Notes under the pieces: generated by a model | The model's input: the letters and a program-made list of their open reading frames with translations, nothing else | Databases searched by the model: none | Told to the model about the DNA's origin: nothing | Made by a program: the position numbers and the translations under genes | Assembly: GCF_963921235.1 (NCBI RefSeq) | Contig: NC_086097.1 | Location: 22,818,001 to 22,882,000, forward strand | DNA length: 64,000 nt | Origin: Mobula hypostoma | Lineage: Eukaryota | Direction of reading: 5' to 3' | Part shown: positions 24,605 through 37,120 of the stretch, piece after piece | Numbering within the stretch: the first letter of the stretch is position 1 | Layout: each line of letters opens with the position of its first letter

Positions 24605-24905
24605 TAGTTTATTTATTTATTTAGAGCTACAGGGCAGAATAGGCCCCTCCCGCCTAATGAGCCACGCTGCCCGGCAACCTCCGATTTAACCCCAGTCTAA
24701 CCACAGGACAGTTGACCATAACCAATTAATCTACTAACCGGTATATTTTTGGAATGTGGGAGAAAACCAGAGCAACCGGTGGAAACCCATGCATTCACGG
24801 GGAGGACTTGCCAACTGACAGACGACATCAGAATTGAACTCTGAACCCTGACCCCTCCCCCCACTCCAGAGCTGTAATAGCATCACGCTATCCGCTAGAA
24901 ATGGT
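24605..24905 (-). mobile_element. HE1-like V-SINE
   Basis: (ttta)n tail then ggaaacccatgcattcacgggg...ctgtaatagcatcacgcta. Confidence 0.85.
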
Positions 24906-25524
24906 AGTGACAAAGTGACTCTCGACAAGAGGGACTCTTCATGGTAGCAGCAGGGCAGATGTAAACACAGTAGGACAGTAACTGTGTCAGCATGGGTATG
25001 AAGTGTGGAGTGTTAAGTGTAGAGTGGTGGTGCATGGGGGGATGAACAGTGCTGAGGGGCTGTGGAGAGGAATGATGTAGTAGTGGTGGGGTGTGTTAAT
25101 GGGTGGAGATGTTGGTCAGCCTGATAGTTGAGAGAAAGTAACTGGTTTTGAGTCTAGAGATCCTGGCGTGAATGCTGCATAGATTCTTCCCCGATGGGAG
25201 TGGGAGTGAGGAGTCTATTACAGGAAGTGAGAGTGGTGTTGAGGCAGGAAGTCCTGGAGCTTGTTGTATAGACAGCAGATAGCTGTGGTATCCGCTGCCA
25301 TTTTTAATGATGAAAATAGTGCAGGAGATCGGAATTGGAGGTGTACAGAGGTATTGAAAACTATATAGCTATTGGTAGATAAAAAATGATAACACCATTC
25401 TGAAAACAAGATGAAATTTTTTAAATAGGACTGTCGTAGAATTGGACATCAATGTAGATGAATGAGCAAGGTTGGTGGTTGAACAGACATTAAATTTGCC
25501 AAGATTAAAGGGATGTCAGTGTGA

Positions 25525-27267
25525 ACTGGAAATGACATCACCTTCTTGCTGACAATGAAAACAGACGCACCTCAAGGATGCGTGCTTAACTCACTGTCAT
25601 AGTCTCCCTACATTCATGACTGCGTGGCTCAGCACATCTCACACATTATCTATAAATTTCCTGGTGTCAACACTGTTGTGGGCAGAATTTCAGAGAGCAA
25701 AGAAGAAGCATACAGGAGTAAGATAGATCAGCTAGTTGAGTGGTGTTGTAAAAATAACCCTGCACCCAATCCCAGCAAAATCAAGGAATTGACTATGGAC
25801 TTCAAGAAGGGGACCTTGGAAGAATACACACCAGTCCTCATCCAGGGGTCAGCTTTGGAAAGGGTGAGCAGCTTCAAGTTCCTGGCCATCAACATCTCAA
25901 AGGGTACGTCCTGACCCAACATATTGATACAATCAAAGAAAGCACCAGCAGCAAGACTATTGGAGTTCAAGGAGTATGTCACCAAAGACTCTCTCAAATT
26001 TCTACAGATGGAGAGAGCATTCTGACTGGTTGCATTACCTCCTGTGACAAAAGACCAAGTTATCAGAAGATTGATGTCGATAAGAGAGATAAGAGAGAGA
26101 CAATGGAGAAACATTCTAAATGCTAATAAGAGAGAGAGGAGAGAGATTAACGAAAAGAGACACAGTTCCAAGTATTGTCAGACCGGTTGCTTTGAACCTG
26201 AACTGTTTGAAGTTTGATGGACAGGCAATACCCCAGCAGGGGGATAAGAGGAACAGGTTCGCTAAGGCAAGTGACACACCACGACACCATGAGATAACGA
26301 GACCCTGGAAGTGTGGTGTGCCCCCCCACAAGTTGGTGGGCATTTTGGAGGTCTGGTCACAGGACCGACCATAGACGCACAGGGTGAAAAGGTACGATCG
26401 GCGGGAACCTGGTGTGTGTGTCCGCCTTTGCCTGGGTGCCGGGTTCACCGCAGAAGAACGATCGTACCCGGAATGGAGGGGTCACAGTCGGTGACCTCAG
26501 AAGACATTACAAAGGGCTCGCCCGAAAGCTAACTGCGAGGAATATCAAAGGTCTGTTTGAATCTGATTTGAATATCATCATTCGCTCTCTCTCTCTCTCT
26601 CCCCAACGGCACGGCAGCGATTACTGCAAACTGAACTAAACTGAACTGAACTCTGCGTCACTTGAGACTGATCATTTTACCCCTAGACTGCGATAGAGCT
26701 TGGTTGATCCTATTATCCTAGATCTGTGTACGTGTGTTTATTCATTGCTAACCTGTTGCATTTATATCCTTATGATTAGAGTACTGTGTTACTTATTTCT
26801 TTAATAAAACTTTCTTAGTTCCAGTAATCCAGACTCCAACTAGATGGTCCATTTCTGCTGGTTTGGCAACCCAGTTACGGGGTACGTAACACTCCTCATA
26901 TGGAGGTTTCAGTGTGCAAGATCAAAATAGTCTGCATACTTAGCTAGCTCCATCACAGATACAAACCTCCCCACTACTGAGGACATCTTCAAAAAGTGAA
27001 TCATCAAAAAGGCGGCATCCATCATTCAGGATCTCCACCACCCAGGGCATGCCTTCCTCTCATTACTACCATCAGGAAGGAGCCTGAAGGCCCACACTCA
27101 CCATTTTAGAAACAGCTTATTTCCCTCTAGATCAGATTTCTGAATAGTCCATGAACACTGCCTCACTATTTCTCTTCTGTAACATTTATTTACTTATTTT
27201 TTTTGCAATTTACAGTAATTTTTTATGCCTTGCACTGTACTGCTGATATGACAAATTTCACAGCATA
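25525..27267 (+). mobile_element. Rex1/Babar-type LINE (RT to 3' tail), interrupted by an 849-bp solo LTR
   Basis: APQGCVLNSL..YIHDCVAQHISHIIYKFPGVNTVVG (decayed GAPQGCVLSP...YKFADDTTVVG) and IDQLVEWC..NNP; resumes after 26895. Confidence 0.9.
26043..26891 (+). mobile_element. Young solo LTR (849 bp) with 4-bp TSD
   Basis: TGTGAC...GTAACA ends, CTCC at 26039-26042 and 26892-26895, AATAAA at 26803-26808, CpG-rich. Confidence 0.92.
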
Positions 27268-27770
27268 CAGTACCATACAGAAGTCTTAGGCACACATATA
27301 TAGCTAGGGTGCTTAAGGATTTTGCACAATACTGTATTTTCCAACATGGAGCGTACAGCGAGTTTATAAATCTGGTGGGACCAAAGGATGTTGGGAATGT
27401 TGAGGGTGGAGCGTTGTGGGAGGGGTGTGGGACAGGTGGTGGAGAAAGAGTGCTGGGGCAGCAGGATGGTGTGAGTGCAGACACACCCAGGCCTGAGACA
27501 CCATGCAAGGTTATTTGATTCCAAACAATTGGTTTATTGATCATTACAGAATGCCTCTCCCCTCCTTCTCCTTTCCCCTTTTCCCAACCATGATTCCCCT
27601 CTCCCCACCCCTTTCCCACTCTCAGTCCACAATGGAGAACCATATCAGAATTAGGTTTATCATCACTCACATAGGTCATGCAAAACATAAAATTACTGCA
27701 GTACTGTGCAAAAGTCTTAGACATCCTCGTCATACATACAGTATGTGCCTAAGATATTTGCTCAGTACTT
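27268..27770. mobile_element. Composite non-autonomous Tc1/mariner-type element, copy 2
   Basis: Mini-MITEs at 27268-27334 and 27699-27770, TA on both sides (27266-67, 27771-72); cargo homologous to 7247-7622. Confidence 0.8.
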
Positions 27771-28699
27771 TATGTTCCAATTTAAAATAAATTTATTATC
27801 AAAGCACATATATGTGTTTTCAATAAACTACCTTGAGAGGGAAGTGGCTATTGCAAAGTTCAAAGTAAATTAATTACCAAAGTATGTATGTATATGTCAC
27901 CATATACTACCTTGAGATTCATTTTTTGCAGATATTTACAGGAATATAAAGATATATAATAGAATTTGAAAAACTATTCATAAATAAAGACTGAAAACAC
28001 CTACCGTGCAAAAGGAAACAAATTCTGCAAGTAATTATTATAATTGTAAGTAAATAAGCAATCCTGAGAACATGAGCTGTGTATTAACAGTATATCTATT
28101 ATTATGTATATTGTGGTATCAGTATCGCCCAAGATTAGGGAAGGATGGGTTTCTGCTTATATTCTCAGTCTTCTTCAGCAAACATTTTGGTAAGTATGCT
28201 TTAATGGAGAATACATAAATGTATTTGAAGGAATAAATATGAAGAAAATCCATTTGTCTGCAAATTTCCTCAACAGGCTTTGTAGGACAACACCTTGTTG
28301 TAATCTTTGATCTGAAATTTTTTTCAATTAAAGTCATTGTTGTGTTACACTGAGGTCCTCTGTAGTACCTTTGGAACCTTTAGAGGAGATGGATCTATTG
28401 AGTGATTATAAAACGAGAACTTGCATTGAGGTAATAATTCTGATGTATAAGTGTCCCAAACCGGTCCGCAGGGAGAAATATTAAACCAGAGTAGGAAAGG
28501 TAAGACTTATAACTGAAAATATTGTTTTTCAGCAAGGATTTAAAAGTATTTATTATACTGTAGAGGGAGCCATCAATTGCATGGATCCCAGAGAAGAAGA
28601 TTAAACCACCAAAGGGTTTGCTACCATTTGTGGAAAGAAAAGGAGATGCTTCCCCAAAACCACATGTTGTTGAAGGGGATCATAAGGCTAAGTCACGTA

Positions 28700-29230
28700 A
28701 AGACTATAAGACATAGGAGTAGAATTAGGCAATTTTGCCAATCCTGCCTGCTCCACCATTCGATTGTGGCTGATTTATTATTCCTCTCGACCCCATTCTC
28801 ATGCCTTCTCACCATAACTTTTGATGTCCTTGCTATTCTAGAACCTATCAACTCCGTTTTTAATACACACAGTGACTTGGCCTCCGCAGCAGTTTGTGAC
28901 AATGAATTCCACAGATTCACCACTCTCTGGCTAAAGAAATTCCTCCACTTTGCTGTTCTAAAGGGATGTCCATCTATTCTGGTCCTAAACCCTCCCACTG
29001 CTGGAACAATCCTCTCCACACCCTCTCTATCTTGGCCTTTGAGTATTCAATAGGTTGCAATGAGACCCCCCCCCCCCCACCATTCTTCGAAGCACTACCG
29101 AGTATAGACCCGGTGACCCGGTGACCCGGTGCCATCAAGTGCTCCTTACACATTAACCCTTTCTTTCTCAAGGACCCTCTTCAAAGCCAGCACATCCTTT
29201 CTTAGATATGGAGCCCAACACTGCTGACAT
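28700..29230 (-). mobile_element. CR1/HER1-type LINE 3' fragment
   Basis: ORF 28693-29019: RIDGHPFRTAKWRNFFSQRVVNLWNSL. Confidence 0.9.
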
Positions 29231-29374
29231 TACTGATCTAGGTTCAAATGAAAATATAGAATGTAAGTCATTGCCGATTCAGATCTGCTTGATCATTCAG
29301 TATTGTCAGGGCTGACCTTCTAACTCAACTCTGTTTCTCATTCTTTCCCATATCCCTTGATTGTCCTAAATCGG

Positions 29375-29660
29375 GTAGAGCAATGCGATGGTTAAGTTGC
29401 CTATCTGGTGATCAGGGTTCAGGATCACTGATTCAGCAGCATGGGTTCGAATCCTACCATGACAGGTGAGGAATTTATAACCAAATAATTTAAAAAAGAA
29501 TGAAAAATAACAAACCCAGTTTCATTAATAGTGCACAGAAAATAAAAAGATTGTTGCAGAGACCCTCCCTTGTTCACACATACCCATTAGGGAGGAAATC
29601 TGCCATTCCTATCTGGTTTCAGTGTAACTTCAGACCATCAATATTGTTGACCTTAAGCTT
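29375..29660 (+). mobile_element. Old tRNA-derived SINE
   Basis: B-box GGTTCGAATCC; body agggaggaaatctgcc...cagacc...ttgaccttaa resembling an old shark SINE. Confidence 0.55.
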
Positions 29661-29897
29661 TTTCCTCAGTTCAGAGTCATGCTTATTATCACTGACATAG
29701 ATGACATGAAATTTGTTGTTATATGGCAGCAGTAGAGTGCAAGATGTAAAATTACTATAATTACAAAGATAAATAAATTGTACCAAAACAAAATGAATAA
29801 CAGCATAGTGCCAATTTAGCATGGTTAATAAATGATGGAGCTGCTGGTGATGATCACAAATTGAGGCCAAGTAGGTAAATCTGTAAATTGAGAATTT

Positions 29898-30556
29898 TAA
29901 ACTCTCAGTTTGGAGGAGTAACACCTCATATTCGTTCTAGGTGGCCTCCAACCTGATGGCATGAACATCGATTTCTCTAGCTTCTGGCAATTACTCCACC
30001 CTCACTCTTCTCTCTTCGTCCACTCCTCATTCTAGCTCTTTCTTGAAGATGAACTCAGCAGGTCAGGCAGCATCAATGGAGAGGAATAAACAAATGGTGT
30101 TTCTGTCTAAGACCCTCCATCACTTCAGCTTCTCTTGATTTCCATTCCCCATCCTGGCTCCCCTCTTACCCTTCCTCTCCTCTTCATCTGCCCATCACCT
30201 CCCTTTAGTGCCACTCTTCCTTCCCTTTCTTCCATGGTCCACTGTCCTCTCCTATCAGATTCTTTCATCTTCAGCCCTTTACCTCTTCTACCTGTAACTT
30301 CCCAGCTTCTCACTTCATCCATTCACCCACCTTCCCTCTCACCTGGCTTCACCTATCACCTGTCAGCTTGTACTCCCTCCCTCTACCTTCTTATTCTGGC
30401 CTCTTTCCCCTCCTTTCCAGTCCCAATGAAGGATCTCGGCTTGAAACATCGACTGCTTATTCCTCTCTGTAGATACCTCCTGATCTGCTGAGTTCCTCCA
30501 GTACATTGTGTCTGTTCCTCAAGATTTCCAGCATCCGCAGAACCACTTATGTTTGT
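29898..30556 (+). mobile_element. Penelope family A 3' part
   Basis: LEE*HLIFVLGGLQPDGMNIDFSSF; cassette at 30418-30455; inverted fragment inside at ~30050-30122. Confidence 0.85.
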
Positions 30557-30689
30557 GAAGTTTGAACATATTACGGTATATTGATGCTGTGGGGAGATTT
30601 ATAAATGTGTTCATGACATTTGGAAGCCTGGATAGCCAGTGGCAAAGTCAATCTGAGCAATAACAAAATTATGATTAGTGGTTAAAGAT

Positions 30690-31300
30690 TAATGATAAAT
30701 ATCAACTTTATTTGTCACACGTACATCAAAACATACATTCTGTGTCAACAGCCAACACAGTCCAAGGATTGTACAACAACTGTAACTTACGGCCTGCAAA
30801 TGTCATTGTGCGTATGGCTTTAGACTGGGGGAGGAAACAGGAGCACTGGAGAAAACCCACACAGTCACAGGGAGAACGTACAGACTCCTTACAGACAAGT
30901 GAGGGAATTGAACCCTGATCTTACAGCTGGTGCTGTAAAGTGTTACGCTAACTGCTAAACCACTGTATCACCTTAATAAACTATTGACATGCGTATAGTC
31001 GAAGCATACAGAGAAATGCGTCATTTCTGTCACATTAAGTTAATAATAAAGTGCTGGGGGCAGCCCACGAGTGTTGCCCTGTTTCCGGCGTCAACATAGC
31101 GTGCCCACTGCTCACTCACTAACCCTAATCTGTACGTCTTTGGATTGTGAGAATCCAAAGAACCTGGAACACCCAGAGGAAAGCCACGTGGTCACGAGGG
31201 AAGAGCGTACAAACTCCTTACAGACAGCAGCTGGAATCAAATGCCAGTGGGTGATCACTGTTGCAGTAAAGTGATTGTGCTAACTGCTTCACTGCTGTGT
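30690..31300 (-). mobile_element. Two HE1-like V-SINEs in tandem
   Basis: Each has the reverse core cacag(t)cac(a/g)gggagaacgtaca(g/a)actccttacagaca. Confidence 0.8.
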
Positions 31301-32539
31301 ACGGGCAAGTTTGCAAAGAACAGGATGAAGTTCAACTTTGGGCAGAAATCACCTTGGTTCTGCATCAACTGGTTTAGAGGGAAAATGTTAGCCCAATAGA
31401 GGAAATCTATGACAGCGTGCAGGACTTTTGTTGGGTGTTTATTAGTTTGGCTTCTATCACCCTAATATTATATTAGTGGAAGTTTTGACTCGTTCAATAT
31501 TTGTTGCTGTATGGACTGTCTGACATTTGCAATATTATATTTCTATCCCTTAACTGCAATCTCACATCAACCCCCAAAGATATGATGCAGGGACACCAGC
31601 TCGGTTTAGAGTGATGCTGCGGTAATGAAAAACAGCACAGTGGTGTCAATGGCCATTTGAGCTCATGTGCAGCGAGATAGTACTGAACTTTAAGGAGAAG
31701 CATATTGATTTCCTGTGTCATTAATATATCTAGGGTATTTAATAGATATTACAAAGCAATCTGCACTTTGGGTTAAACGCAAAGTTTGCCTATTTCCCTT
31801 GTGCATGGGAAATGTAATATTTTGGACTGGCTCTGGTGACTTGCTTTAAAATCACTATGATGTGCCGGCCCTGCAATTTTCACATTGCCGCTCGGATTCT
31901 GGTCTCCCTCTCATTCCAAAGTTAATGGCCACTCCGGTGATGATCAATTTTTCAGATATCAAGGTCTAAAGCTCTGGAACTCCTTTTTATTAACCTCACA
32001 ATTTTGACACCTCTCCTTAATACCTATCTCTTTTGATTAAGTGCAGTACATCGACCTGAAAAACTCATTACATAGCTTGATCAACTTTAGTTTGATCATT
32101 ATTCCTTTGTGATGATTTACATTAAATTTGTCATTGTTATTCTGGTTTTGTCCCTCTTCCTCTCCAGTCCTGATGAAGTTTCCCAGCTCAAAACATCGAC
32201 TGTTTATTCCCCTCTGACCTGCTGAGTTCCTCCAGCATTTGCTGTGCGTTGCCGTTGTCATTGCCTGGTTGGGTCTTTTAATGAAGTTTTAAATCTTGAT
32301 GGTTTTAGTGAATTATTCTCATGTGATCCTCATGGTGTATTTGTGATAATTAGTTTACCATGGCAGTTTGAATTTGTCTGGCTTATCCTAATTCCTGACT
32401 TAATGGTCATGAGCTATACTCATTTTTTTCAGAATTAGTCTTTGAGTTTAATTTTAACATCATGACAATTGCAGGAAAACTGGCAAATTTTGAAATAATG
32501 AAAACTGCTATTTGATCTCCAGTGTTAGTCTTAAATATT

Positions 32540-32865
32540 TATTTATTTCGAGAGCCTGCACGGTATTAGGGCCTTCTGACCCAGTGAGCCCCTGCCACAG
32601 ATTTACACCCAATTAACCTACAAACCCATTCATCTTTGCAACATTACAATGTACTGCTGCTGCTGTGAAAGCAACAACTTCCACAACATATGCCGGTGAC
32701 ATTAATGCATTTCTGATTCTGATTCCACGGGAGAAAACCAGAGTACCCAGCGGAAAGCCATGCAGTCATGAGGAGAACATACAGACTCCTTACAGACTGC
32801 AGTGGAATTTAACCTAGGTCATTGGCACTGTAATAGCACTATGCAAACCCACTACACTCTCGTGC
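32540..32865 (-). mobile_element. HE1-like V-SINE with an embedded Rex1-type tail
   Basis: ggagaacatacagactccttacagac core; plus-strand acaacttccacaacatatgccggtgac...ttctgattctgattc at ~32640-32725. Confidence 0.7.
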
Positions 32866-33262
32866 ATGAGATGAAGAATATTTAACCAAGAATTTAACCT
32901 TATTATTAACCAGTACCGTGGTTATGAGAGCAGGTCGGGACCAATTAGAGTGTGTTTCATCTTCTGAGGCATCAAAGATTTTCAGTTTCCAAATACTTCT
33001 GTACAAAACAGGAGGCCATTCAGCCTATCAAGCCTATGCTGGCTTGCAGAGAATTTAATTGTCCCACTAATTTTCCCTTTAATATATTCTTCCAAAGTTC
33101 CGATTGATTTCCTTGAGATTATACTACTGACCTATACAGCAGGGACAATTCAGAGTAGCTGGTGAACAAATTACAAAAAGCTACCAGAATCGGATTTATT
33201 ATCTCCAACAAATGTCAAGAAAATTATACTATAAATTATATTTTTTTTACTATAATAAATAA

Positions 33263-33456
33263 GACCATAAGACCATAAGACAAAGGAGCAGAAGTCGGCC
33301 ATTCGGCCCATCGAGTCTGCTCCGCCATTTTATCATGAGCTGATCCATTCTCCCATTTAGTCCCACTCCCCCACCTTCTCACCATACCTTTTGATGCCCT
33401 GGCTACTCAGATACCTATCAATCTCTGCCTTAAATACACCCAATGACTTGGCCTCC
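33263..33456 (-). mobile_element. Short young CR1 3' end with 9-bp TSD
   Basis: AATAAATAA at 33254-33262 and 33457-33465; close to the 3' end of the copy at 40186-40894 (KSLGVFKAEIDRYLSSQG). Confidence 0.9.
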
Positions 33457-33684
33457 AATAAATAAATAGTGCGAAAGGAGAGAAAAATAATCAGGTAATG
33501 TTGATAGCTCATGAACCATTCCAAAATCTGATAGTGGAGTGAAAGAAGTGGTTCCAAAAATGTTGAGTGTGCATCTTCAGATTCTTGTACCTCCTGTCTG
33601 ATGGGACTAATATATGGAGGATCCAATTAAGTAAGCAATGCAAAAAGATTTCCAAGTCCTTGCGATGTAGCAGGAAGCCAGAAT

Positions 33685-34375
33685 AAGAAGGTGAGAGCAT
33701 CAGAAGGAGTGAAAGCTAGGAGATAAAGTTGAGTCCTGAGGAAGGGCCTCAGCCCAAAACAGCGACTGTTACACTTTTCCATCGATCCCGCCTGACCTGC
33801 TGAGTTCCTCCAGCGTTTTGTGTCAGTTGCAGGAGATAGGTGAAGCCAGGTGGGGGGGGGGGGGGGAATTGGGTGAGTAGGGAATGGCGGGGCGGCGAAG
33901 TGAAAAGATGGGTGATAAGTTAAAAGAGTAAAGGGCTGAAGAAGAAGGAATCTGACAGGAGAGGTGAATGGAACATGAGAGAACAGGAAGGAGGAGGGGC
34001 ACCGGGCCGAGCTGTTGGGCAGTGAGGAGAGGAGTAGAGGCAGAAGGGGAGCCAGAATGGGGAACTGAAGGAGAGAGAACAGGGAAGGGGAATACTACCT
34101 GAAGTTAGAGAAATCGATGTTCATGCCATCAGGTTGGAGGCTACCCAAAGGGAATATGAGGTTTTGGCCCTCCAACCCGAAAGTGACCTCACCGTGCAAG
34201 TCGAGAACACCAAGGACTGACATGTTTGGAACGGTAATAGGACATGGATTGGAATTAAAACAGTTGGCCACCAGGAAATCCTGCTTGGTGCGGTCAAAGA
34301 ACAAGTGCTCTGCAAAACGGACTCCCAGTCTACATTGGGTCTCACTGATGCCAAGGAGGCTGCATCGGCAGCTCC
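33685..34375 (-). mobile_element. Penelope family A: GIY-YIG endonuclease remnant and 3' UTR, with an inverted cassette at 33731-33830
   Basis: Minus-strand CRCSLLGISETQCRLGVRFAEHL (CxxC-YIGETxRxLxxRFxEH) and VANCFNS...LEGQNLIFPLGSLQPDGMNIDFSNFR. Confidence 0.9.
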
Positions 34376-35048
34376 GGAATTATCAACACCGAGATGGGAA
34401 GTGTGAACTTGCTAAAGGTAGATATTTGATTAGATGTTGGAAGAAAAGAATTAGGGATGATTTTTTGGACAGATAATAACAGGGCAGTATGACTGATGTC
34501 CCATTTAACTGGAAGTAGTTTTGCTTTTTGTGATTATGGCAGCATCATGAAGGGAACCTCTGACAACTTAAGTTCAGCATGATCGTTATAAGCAAGCAGT
34601 CATTCTTGCTTGCTTTATATTCCTGCTTTACCCTCAGGGAAACAGTTGATAATTGGGAATTGATGGCAGATTGAAATCTAATCAGGGGGTTTACATAATA
34701 TCATCTGAATCCCTCAAAATTTGATTATATCCCTGTCATCACATTCAGCAATCTATTATTCTCAACAGTAAAATAAAATCAGACCCATTGGATTAAATTG
34801 CAGACTAGTAATCACTGCCAGCTATTTATTATACTCTGTGATTGATACTGCAAAGTCATCTTTATTTAATTTTTAGACCATTTATTTTTCTAACACACGT
34901 CATGACAGTATGCTATAATGTCAGTGTCCTGATGATTGATTATGTGATTTTATCACTGGAGGTTTATTGGGTGGTAACCAATAGTTTATAGTAAAAGAAA
35001 CACAGAAATTGCTTCTTTGCAATGATGTGGTTGTGTGGTAGCAAGATA

Positions 35049-35591
35049 CTCCCAGTGACCATTTTATTAGAAACAACGTAACACCTGCTTGTTAATGTAA
35101 ATATCTGAACAGCCAATCACAAGGCAGTAAGTCAATGCAAAAAAGCATGCAGACATGGCCAAGAAGTTCAGTTGTTGTTCAGACCAAACTTTAGAATGGG
35201 GAAGAAATATATCCATGTGAAGTTGACCATGGAGTGATTATTGGTGCCAGATAGGGTGGTTTGAGTATCTCAGAAATTGCTGATCTCCTGGCACACCAGT
35301 CTCTAGAGTTTACAGAGAATGGTGCAAAAAATGAAACTAAACCATCCAGTGAGCAGCAGTTCTTTGGGCGAAAACACCTTGTTAATGGAAGAAGTTAGAG
35401 GAGAATAGCCAGACTGGTTCAAGCTGACAGGAGGATAACAGTGTCGTAACTAACCATGCATTACAACAGTGTTGTGCAGAAGAGCATCTCTGAAAGCACA
35501 ACATGTTGAACCTTTAAGTGGATGGGCTACAGCAGCAGGAGACCACGAACATACACTCAGTGGAGGTACCCAGTAAAGTGACCACTAAGTG
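35049..35591 (+). mobile_element. Internally deleted Tc1-family DNA transposon, second copy
   Basis: TA-flanked, decayed CACTCAGTGGCCACTTTATTAG-type ends; homologous to 16496-17027. Confidence 0.88.
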
Positions 35592-35829
35592 TATTTGTGA
35601 TTTTATCAATTAATGGATGGTTGAAAGGCTTACATCTTCTTGTGTACACATTCTGACGAGATCCCTAAATATGTGCTATCAAACATAAAACTTGTACCAC
35701 GTACAAGAAATATTCTGGATTATCTCCACTTCAATGGAAAAGAAGTGCCTTTGCTATTGCTGCTCTCCTCAGTTCTACACTGGATGCTAATATAGTTATT
35801 GTGCTTAATCCCTGCAGTTGGTTGCATCA

Positions 35830-36400
35830 ATCATAGAACATACTATAGAACATTATGTACAGTACAGGCCCTTTGGCCCATAATGTTGTGCTGACCCTAT
35901 AACCTACTCTAAGTTCAATCTAACTCTTCCTTCTCACTTAGCCCTCTATGTGCTTATTGAAGTTTCTTAAATAACTCTAACATATCTGCCTCAGCCACCA
36001 CCCCTGACAAGTCATTCCAGGCACCCACCACTCTTTATGTAAAAAACTTACCTCTGACATCCACGTGCCCTCTCCCCATTCTTTCCTCCAATCACCTTAA
36101 AATGATCCCCCTTGTATTAGCCATTACTGCCCTGGGCAAAAGTCTCTGGCTATCCACTCGATCTAGACCTTTTATCATCTTGTATACTTCTATCAAGTCA
36201 CCTCTCATCCAGTCCTGATGAAGGGTCTCAGCCTGAAACATCGACTGTGTGCTCTTTTCCATTGATGCTGCCTGATCTGCTGAGTTCCTCCAGCATCTTG
36301 TGCGTGTTACTCTGGACTTCCTGCATCTGCAAACTCTATAGTGTTTGTGATACCTCTCAGCCTCCTTTGCTCCAAAGATAAAAGCCATAGCTTGTTTCCA
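35830..36400 (-). mobile_element. CR1-type LINE 3' fragment hosting a hammerhead cassette
   Basis: MRGDLIEVYKMIKGLDRVDSQRLLPR; interrupted at 36208-36351. Confidence 0.88.
36210..36247 (+). ncRNA. Minimal type I hammerhead ribozyme motif (Penelope family A), slightly decayed
   Basis: CAGTC-CTGATGA-aGGGTCtcaGCCT-GAAAC-ATC-GACTG: stem I CAGTC/GACTG, both catalytic boxes, weakened stem II; cleavage triplet GTC changed to ATC, consistent with CpG decay. Confidence 0.75.
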
Positions 36401-36744
36401 CAACTAGCTTTTATTTCTGGAATCTATTGACAGGAACCAAATTGCTCTTTTGTTTTAACTTAATACACTGCAGATGCTGGAATAAGTCTTTAACCTTTTT
36501 ATAATACAGTTCAAATCAATGTTGGAAATATTCCACACATCCACCATTGGGACTAATTGGAGCTCTGCATCGGTAATTATGTTTGCATAGATTTTTTAAA
36601 TCAGAATTCTGATCAAAAATTCTGGTTAATAAAACTCTTACTCTCTGCACCCTTCTTGAATTTATGAAGATGGGCTGATGTAATACTTACAATGCAGGTA
36701 CAATCCACTTGGTCCACCTGATTTACCTTGCACTCAGCAGGAAC

Positions 36745-37120
36745 GGCACTGCAGTGTATCAGTTGGCGTAATGCAATCACAGCGCCAGAAACCCAGCTTC
36801 AATTCCCGCCACTCTCTGTAAGAAGTTTGTAGGTTCTTCCCATAGCCACACCGGTTTCCTCCCACATTCCAAAGATGTACAGGTTCAATGGTTCAAGTTA
36901 ATATTAGAGAATGAATACAGTATATATCCTAAAATCCTTACTCTTCACAGACATCCACGAAACAGGAAAAAAAACCCCAAAGAATGAATGACAGGAAAAT
37001 GTTAGAACACCAAAGCCCTCCCCCTCCCATGCACAAGTGGCATATTATTTGGTCACATGGGTGGTGGGTGCTCACTGGATCTGGAGAACCTGTCACCGTG
37101 CTTTATCTCTAAATAAAAAG
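36745..37120 (+). mobile_element. HE1-like V-SINE with internal insertion
   Basis: ttcaattcccgccactctctgtaagaagtttg...ccggtttcctcccacattccaaaga; tail tctctaaataaaa. Confidence 0.75.

Noticed and set aside
27194..27733. 179-aa minus-strand ORF
   Set aside because: Runs across the composite element and a Rex1 tail; frame not kept in the second copy; no recognisable domain
28091..28189. Possible exon ISIIMYIVVSVSPKIREGWVSAYILSLLQQTF ending at gtaagt
   Set aside because: Good donor but weak acceptor; peptide not recognised and no partner exons
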